Positions 37,416-53,709 of a stretch of DNA of 64,000 nt are shown piece by piece. The stretch covers positions 1-64,000 of the forward strand of contig MU055549.1 in the NCBI GenBank assembly GCA_013239625.1, in the 5' to 3' direction. The translations under genes and the position numbers were made by a program. Numbering within the stretch: position 1 is the stretch's first letter; each line of letters begins with the position of its first letter. This DNA is from Lama guanicoe. Lineage: Eukaryota. The notes under the pieces were generated by a model. That model did no database searches and was not told the origin of the DNA. It saw only the letters and a program-made list of their open reading frames with translations.

Positions 37416-37789
37416 GGCATTATTTCAGTACAGCTGCCTCAGCTGAGTCTGTGCTGGGTGGGGATGGTGGGGTTATCCGTCTAAGACCCCTGGTCCCTGA
37501 GACTGGGTGAAGCCTTGGCTACACTCCGACTCCTAGCGCCAGCCAGAGTCCCATAGCAGGCACTCAATAAATGCTTCCCTAACCTCACATCCTGATCTGC
37601 TCATTTCTAGGACCTGACATGTCCTGGTCCCCAGGCAGAGGGATGCGGGACTGGCCCAGGAGTTCTGCAAGCCCACCCTGTGATTGTTTCTTCCATTCTT
37701 TATTCAGGGTTGGACCACACAGAACCCCAGAAACCCCAATAATGAGGACCAAGGTGCTGCCCACAGTCCCCACTGATTAGCTGAGAAAA

Positions 37790-39010
37790 AGAAATGTAAT
37801 TGGGAGTCTAAATGAAGTTTGTGCCTTCACGGGCACAAAATCTACACCTGAGACACTTGTTACAAGAACATAATATGTTAGAAATCCTCAGTGTGCTGGG
37901 AGTCAGTCACCTAGGACTGCCGTGTGCACATGGCATATCACACATCCCCTGGAGTGCACCAGCCCCAGCAAGGACAGCGGTGGGAGCACAAGTCCGCTCT
38001 TGGGTCAAAAGACAGTGACTCTAAAAGAGTCAAAGAGACGCCTTCTCTTGAAAGGCTACCCCATCCAGGTGGAAAAGTGACCCAGTGGGGTAGATGGAAG
38101 CCCCAACAGTCATCATTTGTGTCTATATATCCATTTCTGTAACTGGTATTTGTAACTACCTTCACCTTCTCCCACCACCCATTTGTGTCCCCTTTGCCTT
38201 CTCAAGCAGCTCAGCTTTTTACCTGGTGGGGTGACCCAAACCATTCCTGCAGGATCTGGGCCGTTGGTACTTTTGCCTGGGTTGGGTTGGTACAGTTTTC
38301 ACTGACACTAATCACAGGGCATGGTAATACTGAAAGAATCCCTGAGGTGCCTCCTGCATCACAGACTTACTTTCCTTGCCTCCACTGTGGGGAAGCAGTC
38401 CAGGTCCCCTGGTAGGGGACAGCCAGCACTAACTTCCTTCTCTGGTTGTTGAGTCACAGGCATGAGAAGCCCAAAGTGGCTGGGCAGCAGTCTTAACTTG
38501 CAGCTCAATGGAATCATTATTGTATCTCCCAGTGGAAGCATTCCTTCCTCTGGGACTAAGACCTCTAGGCCAGCAGAATATACAGTTGTGGGAGCAGGAA
38601 GCAAACATTTTGCCAGCAGATCACTAGGATGTGTTCACACTAGGGCAGATCACAGTGAGTGTTAACATTCCAATTTCTATCCCATGATTTGGGCCCTTTG
38701 AGTGCTGGCCATGGGAGACAGTGCTGTGTGTTAGACACTGATTCGGGGCATACACAGCCTTCTGGAGAGCCCTGCTCCAGCCTGCAAGGTATTGCCACCC
38801 AGTTGACTTTGTAACCAAGTCTTCCAGAGATCATTCCACGATTCCATCTGCTTCAGGATGGTGGGAGCCTAGTAGGACCAGTGAATTCCTTGAGAGCTTG
38901 GGCCCACTGCAGCGCTTTTCTGCTTGTTAAGGGAGCTCTTTGATCAGAAGCAATGCTGTGTGGAAGACCATGATGGTGGATAGGAATTCTGAAGTCTGCA
39001 GATGGCAGTT
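37790..39010 (-). mobile_element. ERVL internal remnant (integrase and dUTPase region)
   Basis: Minus-strand peptides HGLPHSIASDQ...QWA and AGLEVLVPEEGMLPLGDTIMIPL..KLRL.PSHFGLLMP are ERV-L pol/dUTPase signatures. Confidence 0.85.
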
Positions 39011-39535
39011 TTGGCCAAAGCATTGTGTGCAGGGACAGCAAGTCCAGACCTGATTTATCCCTACCCTCATCACCTGTGGAGTTGCAGTCATTGCTGATAC
39101 TAACCAAGGCACATGGTTCACTCTTCAGAATACACAATGCTATACTCTGTTGAAAGGCCTTCAGTAGCACTCTTACCTCCCTGACAGGTCTTGATAGCCA
39201 GCTTAACTGAGAGATGTAATGTTCTCCTCAAACAATTTTTCAAATTCCACTCCAGCAAATGGACCCCTAGATGGGTCTGTCTTGTCCTAGGCCTTAACCT
39301 CTTAATTCAAGGCCCCTTATGAAACCATACCCTGTAACTTGCAAGGTCCATATGGCAGAAACAAAAAGACACACCAGGAACACCAAGCTTGTTGTCCAGA
39401 GGACCAGGGAAACTGAAAATACGGAAACAACTTGCTGATGTACAGGCATGCTGAGGGACTAGAATGACTGAGAATGAACTTTAGATGTCACAGGCTAAAA
39501 ATCCACCTCCTGTTACATACTGAACCCCCTGAATT

Positions 39536-39812
39536 TGCACGTGCAATCCACAAAGAGGCGTGAGGAGCAGAGCAGTAGCACCTGGGCAGAACTCTGGATA
39601 CTTCCTTTGAAATTTACACTTACTTTCCACCAGTCATTCCTGAGCCCCCTGCCCCTCTTGCTCCCTCCTTCCAAATTAAATGTGCCACTTCACCTCTTGT
39701 CGCCTTGTTTGGCAGCCCTGCAATAAAGACTTTCTTTCTGCAGAAGACTGTTGCTTCAGTATTTGGTCTTTTCCATTGTGTAGCAGGAAACAAGCCCACG
39801 TGCTCGGTTACA
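39536..39812 (+). mobile_element. Short solo LTR
   Basis: TG...CA ends, AATAAA at ~39722, flanking AATT/AATT direct repeat. Confidence 0.5.
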
Positions 39813-40399
39813 AATTGGGTGACATCTCCATGTACTCCAGGACCACTCTCACAGGCAGTGTGGACTACCAAAAAGATAAACAGAAAACTCCACTTAGTAA
39901 ATGCAGTTCAAATTTGGATGCAATAAATTCAACACCGTAGCCCATAAGGGTAAAACCAGAGAACCTCTTCTTGTTGGTGATACATGCTAGGGGAATATCT
40001 ACGCTAAGTGACAGAAGCCAGTCAAGGGAGCCGTGTGCTATCCTGGTGAGTGCTGGTCTCCTCGCTAGTCATCTTGGTGTCTTCACTGGTTTGCAAACCA
40101 GAGTCCAGACCTCCCAAGGAGGAGCGTGGTGAATGCGGAGGTCTGCGTGCCATCACTTTTGACTAACACAGGCTTCACAACCCAAAGACTGCAGGATTGC
40201 TTGTCACTGTCCAAACCAACAACTGAGGCAAAGGGACCTAGTGATTGGCCAAACAAGACATCCTGTTGAAGGTAATGCCAGAGCTCCATCAGCCACAGAC
40301 ATTTTAATTGTCAAACAACTTCACACCCTGTTAACAACATACTCTCAAATCGGACCATATGATTTAAACCTATTTGCAACAGAACCCCCCTCATCACCC

Positions 40400-42026
40400 A
40401 CCTGGGAAAAACCTTGGAGAGTTAAAAACCCTTAGATTTGGCCACCTTTATTTGAGCCTTCAACTGTGCCAGCTGGGTTCTGGCACTTCGGTTCATGCTG
40501 ACAGTATCACAGACGCCAACATCACCTTGCCTAGCTGTGCATCCACGGCCCCTTAAAAGGTATTTGCAAGTCAAGCTCCTAGGCCCAATTTTGCCTTCAA
40601 ATGAGACAAGTTGTTCAGCATCGTTATAATGCCAAAGAGTCACAAAAAAAAGACTCACACCACCCTGAGTGGGTGTCCACTTGGAAAAGATACCCAGTCT
40701 CACATTCTGGACAATATTGCTCTATCCAGGAGCTCAGCGTTGGAGACGACATCACTCCCTAAGCTGGAGACAACTCTGTCCTGGACACTAAAACCTCTGC
40801 TCCAGGGATGCCCAAGACTTGCCTCTCGTAAGTTGCTGGCAAACTGGACACAGGATATTTATTGCTTTTCTTCCTTTGACACTAGCAATTCTATTATGTT
40901 TTTTGAGCTCCCTGTCTGCTTATCCCATGGTCCAAATATATGCCTTGCCATCTGCAAAAGCATATATCCCTATAATTCTATGCCTAAAGGGAATTCTGGT
41001 AGAGGTCACCACTGTCTGTACCATCCTACAAATCAGTGAAGACTATGGCCTTCCCCAGGAGGCAACTGCCACAGATCTGTCAATTCCTCAGCCTGCCAGG
41101 GAAAGGACAACACACTCCCCAGTGCCTCTCCCACTCCCAGCTCTAGCTTTCCACCACTAACTCCCACCTGAGTCTCCCACCATAAACACCATGACCACAC
41201 CTTCCAACTAGTTACACCCAAATACCACACATCTTTACAGTGATTTCACTAAGCTATTAGTCTGTCTAAAACCATAGTGGCCAGACCTGCCACACTGACC
41301 TGAAAAATAAACCAAGATATTGCCAAATATATAACTCACAATTGTAACACATTTTACAATTCTACCAAGATATTGTTAGAAACCCTGGGAATCTCAGATC
41401 TGTTTTCTTGGCTAATGCATATAAATTGGAGACTTAGTTATAGGCCAGCCTACATGGACTCTTTATACTTCTACTTGTATTCCTCCTTTTTACTCTCATG
41501 ATAAAATATTTTCTATGCTGGTTAGGGCAATGTATGACCTATACTCTATAAGTCTCCTCATTTATTCAAGCCACTCAAATAGCCCAAATAATCGAGCTCA
41601 GTCTGTACTCAATTTTGTGGCCCTAGCTAGATTTTATCCTCTTAAGCAGCCAATTAAGTCCACATTCCCAAGCACCTGCTGAGTTGTACCCTCACACTCT
41701 GCACTCCTGTATACCTGCCCTAATTGCCCCAGGGCCAGGTACCAGAACAATCAGGGACAGCCCCAATGTCCCAAAGCCCACTGAACACATTCACATTAGT
41801 CAATCCTAAGCCTGCTTGCTGTGTTGATCACCTTCCTTCTTGCTGAATCCACAGTACAGGTGCTTGCCCACAGTTCCCCCTCTCCTCTGTCTACCACTGA
41901 GTGCCCTGCATGGTGTGCCATTTCTTCCCAGGAAATCGTAACTAAACTTAAAACTCCTTCTGGATTCTGTCTCTTGATCTGGGTCAGGACTCACCAACCT
42001 CACGCAAGGCAACAGAGTTAAAACAG
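40400..42026 (+). mobile_element. Decayed retroviral env-like internal segment plus MER74/MER54-like LTR (~41640-42026)
   Basis: Cys-containing fragments, then a TM-like stretch (LFILLLVFLLFTLMIKYFLCWL, ~41460-41525) upstream of LTR-like text 'cctaagcctgcttg...gcccacagttccccctctcc...taaaaca'. Confidence 0.45.
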
Positions 42027-42619
42027 CATCAGGGAGATAATGGCCAATGGTTAAGCCATGAAGAAAGGTCCTGGCTTCCCATGCCTAGTCATTGAGATGC
42101 ACATGACCCAGCTCCTTACAGAGTGTCCACCAGGACTGTAGCTTGTTCACAGTCATCACCAGCTCAGTAGCACACACTCTGTTGGCTTTTCCTCCCCTCT
42201 TATGTCATTCTCCCCACTCCCTCACTCTTGCTTTTTTCAACCACTTCCCAAATAAACTGCTTACACAAGCTCATGTCTCATCTGTGCTTTGGGGAAATAC
42301 AAAATGAAGACAATAGGAAAACCAAGGAAGACAACATAACCCCTACTCTGAACAAGTAAAAGACAAATGTAGGGACTCCAGCCCCCCAGAATTGACACCT
42401 GCCTTAATGCCCCAGCCAGAATTAAGGAGCTAGCAAGCCCAACACAATCACCCAGCAGAGCCAACATCACCACCAGGAGAGTCAGGAGCACTTCTGCCCT
42501 GCTTCCCAGCAGATCTGAGTGGTCCATTGACTGCTACACTCAGTGTGTTGGATACATTTGCCTGATGGAGCCTGAGTCACATACATGGTTTCAGCTGTGA
42601 GGGAGTCTGGTTTCCTATT

Positions 42620-43050
42620 TCTGTTGTAAGAAATTACTGTAAACATAATGATTTAAAACAACAGAAATGTATCCTCTTACATCTGAAAGACAAAAGTTCA
42701 AGATCAGTGACACTGGGCTGAAACCAAAGTGTCAGGAGGGCCGTGTCCCCTGCAGAGACTCTAGAGGAACATGTATCCTTTCCAGCCCCTGCTGGCATTC
42801 TTGTGGCCACATCCGTTTGTAACCTTTCCCTTGGGGTCTCACAAATGTCTTTTCTTCTATAGGTGTCAACTTTCCCTCTGCCCCTCACTTGTAAGAATAC
42901 TTGTGATTCCACTGAGAACCCACTTGGACAATCCAAAATAATCTCATCTTGAAATCCTTAATTTAATCTTCATAACTCTTTCCGTTTAAGGAAACATTCA
43001 CAGTTACCAGGGATCGAGGTCTGGTATCTCTAGGGGCCACTATGCAGCCT
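42620..43050. mobile_element. MaLR MLT1C/D-like LTR
   Basis: 'aacaacagaaatgtatcctcttaca...aatccaaaataatctc..aaatccttaatttaatc...ggggccactatgcagcct'. Confidence 0.7.
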
Positions 43051-43679
43051 TCCAAATCTCGGAAAGAGCTGTTGGCTTTCAAGCCTATTTAATGAGGGAA
43101 GACCAGCTACCACAGGGTTGGACTGGTTGGATGTTACGTGAGCCATTACACCTAATCTACTATACCCCACAACAGCAAAATTCGTCATCTGAGAAACATC
43201 CCAGAAGACCCAAACAGGTATGGCATGCCAGGAATGAGCTCAGCTCTGACTCAGGAGAGACACGGAGAAATTTAGCAACTCTTGGCACAAACACAAGGTA
43301 AACTGAGAAGGACGCTGAAACTGAGGGACAGGGGTGGAAGGTGGTGGGAGAGAAGGTATCAGAAACAAAAGAAGGAAACTAGGAGGAAGAAGCCTCCAGT
43401 TTCCCAGTGTGACAAGAGCGCCTGTGGAATCGCAGGCTGAGCGCAGGGCAGAAGTGGGTGAGGCGGAGGAAAGGGTCAGCACTGGGGGAAGAGACGGCCC
43501 CTGCAGGGCGTGGGCTCAAGCCTCACTCCAGGAAGTCTACAGGCCGCCAGATGTCTGGCTACTACTTGTTTTTCTTCTTGAGAGCACGCACTTGACATTG
43601 AAGCTTTACGATTTTTTGGTCAGGTTTGTTCCTCGGTATTTTGCACTTTGCTGCTATTTCAAGTGGGGCATTTAATGAG

Positions 43680-46215
43680 TGTGCGGACTGTTTTCCAGTG
43701 ACGGGCACAATACTGCCCATCCTCCATACTGCCCAGTATGCAACCCTGCCACTCCCCATGAAGAGATGGAGTCCATTTCTCTATCCCCTGAAACTCAGTG
43801 CACCATGTGGCTTCTCCACCACTAGGACATGGTGTCAGTGTCACTGTGCCTGTTCCAGACATGGCCTACGACAGCCGGACTGCTTCCACTTTCTGACTCT
43901 TGGAGTCCCCAGCTGTGCCGTACAAAGCCCACATTCTTCTCCTGCTCACGGTGACAGCCTCTGCTGAGCCCTCAGCTGAAAGCTCCAGTGCTGTCCACCG
44001 GACATCCAGCTCATCCATCCAGTTGGGTCTGCATCTCACCACAGACCTGGACAACAGCTGAATGTAGCTGCATTAAAGACACTGATAAGAGCAGACTAAC
44101 TGAACCCACTCAAACCACAGAACTTTGGGAGGTAAGTCGTTGTTTTAAGATGCTGATTTCTGTAGTTGGTTTACTTCACAGCAACAGATGATTCAAAGAG
44201 AATTCGGTGGCTATCAATGAATGATGCCTTAGCAAATCCTAAGCATGTGTTCTGACTTTCAAACCAGGTAGCAGGTGAAAGGAGAGGGGCCCCAGGAGAT
44301 CTTTAACGGGAACCTGAAGACAGTTAGGAAATTGGAGGCTTGTGTGGACAATGTCCTGTGTTATGTGGCAGTGAAAACTTTGGTAACTATCCTAATGTGG
44401 AATTTGGCACAAAGGTTTCCAGATAGAGGTTGAAAATACCAAATGTGTCTTTTACCCACTGCGTACCCGAGTGGTGGCACGGAAACCTCCTCAGCAAGCT
44501 AACAGAAAGGGTGAACTAGGAGTAGTTACTATTAAAGGCAGAAAGAAGAACTCCGAGGTGTGCAGAGGCAGCAACTGCAGTAAATGGCTCGGACCCCAAC
44601 AGCTGAGGGAGAGTGTACAACGAGTAGGTCCTGGGAGGGCTGAAATTCAGACCTGAGAAGGGCTGCCCCAGGATGGTGGTTCCTGCTTCTCCGGTATCAA
44701 GACACTGGGTGGAGGCCTCTGGTCAAGGACATGTGACAGTTGCTGCCAGCACAGCTGCAAAGAAAGGTGCCAGAAGGTGCAAGCCACCACTGAGGAACGA
44801 GGGCCAGTGATGAGAGCAATGCCAGTGTCACCCCACCTCACCCCTGCGCCACCTCCCCATGCCCTGCTCACAACCACCTGGACATCTGCCAAAGAAGGAA
44901 GAGAACCATGCCTCCTGCTCTGCCTCACAATCTCCCTCCAGGCCCCTTTCTGGGAAAGCCAAAGGTTGTGTCGACTGGGAAACAAGTGTAGCCCAGCATC
45001 ACCAAGCAGAGCAACTGAGGTGGTTTTCTAGCTGAGACAAAACCTTCGTAGCTGGCAGTCACACACCACAAGGTATCAGGGGAGAGAGATGAACTTAAAG
45101 AGAGAAATCGTTCTGCTCCAGAGAATGATCTAGACAAAACACAAAGGAGCCAGGACTTATGTTAGGTTTAACAGTAAAATTGGTCCTCCTTTCTGGCTTC
45201 TCCAGCATAAAATGACTTCAGGTTGAAGATCAAAATCAGTATCTACCAGTACAATGTAGCCTCACTGTAAGTCTCAGACTAAAGGTATTGCTGTAAGACC
45301 CTTTCCTGAGACTCTTAAGGGTGTGCCTTGTAAATCCTCACAAACAGATGATAAATAGGGCTTTCACAAATCTTGGGGGCACGTCCCCACAATATCAGTT
45401 GAAGATGGAGGAAGGAAATGTGTTCCAGAGGAAATGTGGGTGTGGTTTTTATCTAATGGATTATAATTTGACATACCACAGTAAATCACTTTGAAATAAG
45501 AGGTTTAAAAAGTTCAAATTTTAAAAAAGCCCTCTGGGAAGCAGGACAGAAGCAACCAGTTATTACAAAATCAGGCTACGTCTCATGAAAAACGGAAGAC
45601 AACTCAAAGAGCGCAAAATCGAAAGCCCTGGAGATCATTCCCTGAACCACTGCACCCTCATCAAGGAACTGACAGCGTGTCCTGCTAGGTTTAGCCAGTG
45701 ATGCCTCCCAATCCCCTCCCCTTTGAATGGATCTCTGTGCTACCACTGCCAGTTGAGTGTTTGCAGGACAGGTAACTGGTCACTTCAAGTCACACACCTT
45801 CAGGTTAAGAGCAACCATTCACATGGAACTGAGCTCAATGAGCCTATGTGAACCTACACCTGATACACATGACAAGATCCTGTATTTTTAGCCAACAGCA
45901 TTATAAAATGAGATTTTGGGGAGACAGGCTATGAGTAGTTTGCACATGGAAGCTATGTGAACTGTGGCCATAAAGTGGACAATACCATACTGTATCTTCC
46001 AAAGATGACCACAGTAACGTGCCACATCTCACAGACTCATCTGCAATGTGCCCTTGCAACGTTTTCATCAGAGGTAGACTACTTCTCCACTTCCTGGACC
46101 CTTCACGGGCCCTGGGACTGCTCTGAGTAGGAGAACCAGAAGTGGCACTGCGCTGGTGCCGGGAGCAGCACTGCCGAGCGTCCCCTTGGAGGCATAACCA
46201 CCCCCACTAGAACCC
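43680..46215 (+). mobile_element. Old MaLR (MLT1H-like) element: LTR, internal region, partial LTR
   Basis: LTR-like 43680-44190 ending 'ttgttttaag...acagcaacagat', second related LTR start ~45975, MaLR-internal-like sequence between. Confidence 0.55.
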
Positions 46216-46859
46216 CCGGGCTACAGTCTTAAAATTTTTTCAGTACAATATTTATTATTTCTATCTGAAAATCTTCATCCACATCACCTAGGCTGATAGT
46301 TTTCATTAGAAATTCTCTGATATGTGTATAAGCGGCAAGATTTATTGAAAACTCTGACAAACTTAAGATATTTGTAAGGCTTTATTTTATTCTCAGTGTT
46401 TCAAGATTTGTCTCTGCCTGATAAAGGCATTCCTACATTTGTTGCATTCTTTGTCTCTTCCAATGATTTCATTTTTCCGTCAAATGACTGGGGGAGAAGG
46501 ATGACAACACAGGTTCCATCCTGTGTGAATTTTCCACACAAGGACTGGTAATTTCTTCCCACAGTCTATCCCAAATTCATAAAATGAACTGGCCACAATG
46601 GACTAGTAGTGTTGTAAGGGCCCAACAGTGAATATTCCTCACTCAGGTAAAACACAAATAGAACTTTCTGGTAGAGTTGGGGAAATCTCCACCCTCCATT
46701 ATCAGTCCTTTCTGTCTTAAGTCCAGTTGCCATCTGCACTGTGTGGCTCCCAAGGCGAACCTGGGGGTAATTTGCGTTACAAGACCACAGGGCATAAAAA
46801 ATAATCAGCAGGAATGCATGGAAATTTTTTTATGGCCTGGCCTGGAAGTAATGTTGATA

Positions 46860-48573
<1,714 letters not shown>

Positions 48574-49554
48574 CTAGAAGGAGATAAAAATGATCACAGC
48601 CATACCTGTGAACCACATCTAAGTACTTCTTCTGGGATGATCTTGTAAAGGTAAGGAAATTTCTTTCCATCCTAGTGGAATAAAATTTTTTAAAAGTCAG
48701 TAATGGATACTGACCTTATAAGTATATGATTTTTCTCCTTAGTGAATTAATGTAACAAACTACTAGGTTTTCTAATATCAAATCATCGGGGTTTTTTCTT
48801 TTCTTTTTTTTGCTTAAATTTCTTCCTTCTTTTTAAATCATAAGAAGTATTTGATCAAAATATTCACTCACTCTCTAGATGTAGATTTCAGCTGAGAGCT
48901 TTTCATCTACCATTTGTTTCCTGTTTATTTTCTCTACCTTTTTTCGTCTAATTGTGTGTAACTTGTGCCAGCCCTTTTCTGATCACTGAGCTTTGAAGAT
49001 GGCATGATTTTCCTGGGTCGGCTACTCATAGGATGTGGGAGAGGGCCATGTGTCTGTCACCTAGACAAGAATACTGCTTAGGGACAAGGATTTCACACCT
49101 ATGTTTGTTTACTTTTTACTACTCTCTGGGGAACAGCTATAGGCACCTGTGGATTTTTCAAAGGCTTAATTAATCTCTCCTCCACACCAGAAAAGGAAGC
49201 TATCTCTAAATTTCTAACTTAACAATACATCCTTGGCTTCTCAGAACGCTAACAGGTTCAGGAAACTCTAGTTCATTACTTTGTGCAACTGCTTCCTGCT
49301 GGTCTGAAGGATTTAAGTTTACAACCCAGGCTGTGCCCACCAACTTCGAAAAGCTGTTTTCTGGTTCCTTCTGAGATCAACAGGCTGGGGTTTTCACCTC
49401 ATTTCATGGAACCAGTGATATTACTTGATAATTGACTGCTTCTGAAGACATTTACTTCACTGTACTTTATAGTTTCAGCTGTCCCCTAGTTATACTGAAA
49501 CTGGAGTCCTATCTGTATTTCTCATTCTTTCCTTTTTTTTGTTTAAACAATGAT

Positions 49555-50014
49555 TGTAGCCCCCCAGTTGTGTGAACAAAGGAATGAGCCTTGGGCTGGA
49601 ATGGTAAGCAAGCTATAAAAAGCTGCAGACTCAGAGGTGAGAAGGCTGGTTAGCCAATCACGGGTAAGATCCCCAGAGGGGGGGAACCTAAGACAGGCAC
49701 AGCCGCCTGAGTCAGAAAGAATGTCATCAAGCAGCTATTTTCCTATATGTTCCACCCTGATAAGATGTAAGGCTCACTGGCTCCATGACGAGCATAATCT
49801 ATCAAAAATATCAGAGGATCTTAAAATCCTGACCTTAAAACAATCTGTGCGTCTAGGGAGTCATAAAATGTCATACCATAGTTAAACATTTTCCATATTG
49901 TTCTCTTTTGCTTTATAAGCCTGTGTAGCTTAATAAACTTTCAGAGTAGCCATCAGCTCTCTCCGCATACTGTGTGTGTGTGTATGTGTGTACACTGATA
50001 CTGCAATGCCAACA
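49555..50014 (+). mobile_element. Solo ERV LTR in the ZNF intron (antisense to the ZNF)
   Basis: TGTAG...CCAACA ends, CCAAT, TATAA ~49914, AATAAA ~49933, flanking ATGAT/GTGAT. Confidence 0.7.
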
Positions 50015-50998
50015 GTGATCTTCACAAGAGAAGGTAAAAATGTTAATTTCAAACTCCACTCCAAAGTTTGAGCTCCCCCAGCTTGAAACTGTTAGTTTTA
50101 TTGGCCTTGGACCCAAATCTCTACTTTTTCCTCCCATGTCAGAGATCACCACTTTCCATGGTAAACAATCTACTGGGGCCTCCTCAGCTTCATGATTCGT
50201 GATGTCAAGGTTCACGAGGCTTGCACTTGGACCCCTGCTCTCATGTTCTTAATAGGTCCCTAGGCAACCTCCTCTAACCCTAACAGTTTAGACTTAATGA
50301 TTTCCTAATTGCCATCTTCAGTAGTGATATCCACTCTCTACTCCAGATTTTATGTAAGTTACATGCCAAAATGGAATATAGTCATCTCAGACATAAGCTC
50401 TACCAACATAAACACTTGAGAATCTCCCCTAAATGTGGCTTCTGAGCACCCTTCTGAGAACAATACACTCTATTTTTTTCTCTCTCATCTTGGTTCAATC
50501 TTTTTGTGGCTCTTATTTGACTATTAAACATGTATATTTGTTTCATTTTTCTCTTTCAACAAAATAAGAACATTTCTTTCATTACAGCTGTTATCCAAAC
50601 AGCTACAGATATTCCCAGTGCCTAAAACTTCCCAATTAACATATTAAAAGAATAAATGGATGTATGAATAAATGCCCAAAAGAAAACAGTCTGTGAGAAT
50701 GGACAAAAAGAAGGCCTAATGAGAATCTAGAGAAAGAGACTAACCAAGAAAAATTCCAAGAGGCAGGAAGGCACTGGGTTTTCGTAAATCTGAGAAAATA
50801 TTCAGCAATTAACAGAAAAGGGAGGCTTACGAGTGAGAGTCATACCTGGACACTGGACAAGGCTTGAGTCTGATATATGCAGACAAACTGTCTGAAGGCC
50901 TGGACTCCGGAAACCACTGATTGAAAACAGCTGAGCATGGCCAACCTCGGCTGTGTTCTCCTCTTCCCAGCCTCCCTGCCTGGGATGCACTAACTGAC

Positions 50999-51091
50999 CT
51001 GGGGAACTCTAGTCTGGGGGCTCTTTTACAGTCCATGGCTCTGCTCCTTGCTCCAACTTGATGAGCACCTCAGGTTTGGTAATGCAACGCC
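50999..51091 (-). pseudogene. KRAB-B exon (in-frame TAG)
   Basis: cag|GG CGT...RCITKPEVLIKLEQGAEPWTVKEPPD*SSP|gtcagt. Confidence 0.9.
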
Positions 51092-51242
51092 CTGCTGATG
51101 AGACATAATGTAGGGTTTTTCCAAACTGCTTAAGTTTCATGGGCTTTGAAGAATGGCAACAGCACGACTCTTGAAGGGTCAATCTGAATCCCTGACTGGA
51201 GGGGTGAACACACATTCTTCTTGGCCTGGAATCTTGAAACTA

Positions 51243-51482
<240 letters not shown>

Positions 51483-53709
51483 TTAACAGCATCGGCCTGG
51501 GTCAGCAGAACAGGAAACCTGGGAATTCATGTCTTTTGTGTGTGTTTTATCTTACATAGGCTACACCATGCTTTGTGCTCTATATTGTGGGCCAGGAAGA
51601 AATCACCATAGGAATATCCTATGTCTGTGTCAATTCATTAGTTCCTAAAAGTACTACTATACCTTCCCTTAGAAATCTGGAAGGGTCCTTGCTGCTATGG
51701 ATAAAAGGAGCGTGTGACCTGGTATGGAGACAAAAGTACAAATGCTTGCCTGTGTGTGAGATGAACTAGGTTACACAAATGTTTAAGGTAGGGGGGTATG
51801 AAAGGAGACAAAGAATAGTTGTACTTTGTGCTATCAGGCTGCACTTCACTGAAGAGCCAAATATGTGAGCTGTTCAACGTGAACCACATGTTCTTGTGAA
51901 CATGAGGCAAGAGCAGAAGTCAAGCTGCAAGGGCATAAATAACAGATGCCACATGAATGGAGGTACCAGCAGCACCACGTCCAGGTAGGGGCTCCCAAGC
52001 TGCGGTGAAAGATAAAGACAGTAATGGTATTCAAGGAACTGATTATAATGGTATTCTGCATTTAAGTATATGATCTAATTCCATCAATAAAAAATCTTCT
52101 GGGCTCACCATTTTTCTAAAAAAAAGTATGTACACATGCATCCTTGTATTTCCTTTCTACATCCCAAAGAGCTGCTTATAACCACTCAGGGTGAATGCAT
52201 CCCACTTTCTCACCAGCTAGGTAGATACTGGCACTGTAAGTTGAACTTGGGAGAAAAGGACAAGGAAGCGGATGGGAAGAAGAAGCAAAGATCTTGGACG
52301 TATCACGTTTGAAATTTCTGTGGTTAAAGATGTGAAGATGTCCAACTGGCAACTGGATATATGATCCAGAGCTCAGGAGAGAGAAATAGGCTCAATATGA
52401 GATTTCAGAAACAGCCACATTCTAGTGGTAGCTGAAGCCATCAGAGTGAATGAAACTGCTCAAGGAGAACCTGAAAGACTGAAAGGAGAAAAGGAACCAG
52501 GATGGTGTTCCAGAAAACATTACCATTTACTGACGGGGAAAGAGAAACAAACCATGACAACAGAGAAGAAACTTTTAAAGATGATTCTAGGAATAGAGCA
52601 AACCTCAATATGAAGAAGTCTGTTAATATATTTCAACATATTCATATTTCTGTGGAGAAAATTCTACAATCATCCACATCGACACTGAGCAGGGATCTAC
52701 AAAATACGCTCCCAATTGTAACAAAGCCCTTTAACAAAGGAGGGTTCAGGAGATTCTTCCTTAAAATGATAAAACGTCTATGTCTTACTCTGAAAGTCAG
52801 CATCACACTTAATCAGGAAACACTGGGGGATAAGGAAGCCGCATCACCATAGTTATAAAACAATTTGAGTGGTAACAGTCCACACAATAGAAGAGACAGT
52901 AATGAAAATGATCATAATCTGCAAATAATCCATACCTAGAAAACCCAAGAGAATCATGTGAAAATAGTGTTATATAAGAAAATTCTATAAATTAGCAGAG
53001 TATAAGCATAATGCGTAAAAATCTCATTTATACAAAAACGCTTTTACTGTAACAACAACAAGCAAACACCTATCAATACATAAAAAACACACAAAACTAT
53101 GTGAGGGGTGAAAAACCTGAAGGACACAAAAGAACTTAATAAATGAAAAAACATACCATATTCATGGACAGGAAGAGGCTACATCATAAAGATATCAGTT
53201 CTCCCTGAGTCAGTAAATTAATGTAAAATTATCCTAATAAACAACACATTCTTAGATTTAGCCAAAAGGTGTCTGGAACTGAACTATTTTAGCAACTCCA
53301 GAAAAACCTTATTAAGCAAGTTCTTTTTTAGCACCAGGTAACGGTCACCACTGCATATGCATGAAGCGTTTATTTCCCAATGGGCGGTGAAACACTATCC
53401 ACTCCATCATCTATGTGACAATGAAGACACTGTTTCAGATTTCTGTGTCTATAAGTTCTCATGTCCCAAGAGGATGCAGCATGCTTTCTTCTGAGGGTCC
53501 GTTCCAATCAGGTAACAACTGTATCTGTGACTGCACTTACCTTGGATGATTCTAAGCTCATATTACCTGCCTATCCACATGCCACCTTCATTTTGTTTAT
53601 GTATATTGCCCTGAAGCTAAATTTTACTTTTCCATTTTAGTTTAAGGACCCTCATAAAGCTCATACAGCAAAATACAAAATAAGCTGAAGGAAAAAAAAA
53701 TCAGCTCAC

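Noticed and set aside
37566-37571. Second AATAAA after SYCE1
   Set aside because: It sits in 'ggcactcaataaatgc', a typical LINE-2 3' end; the proximal signal at 37410 is the simpler call.
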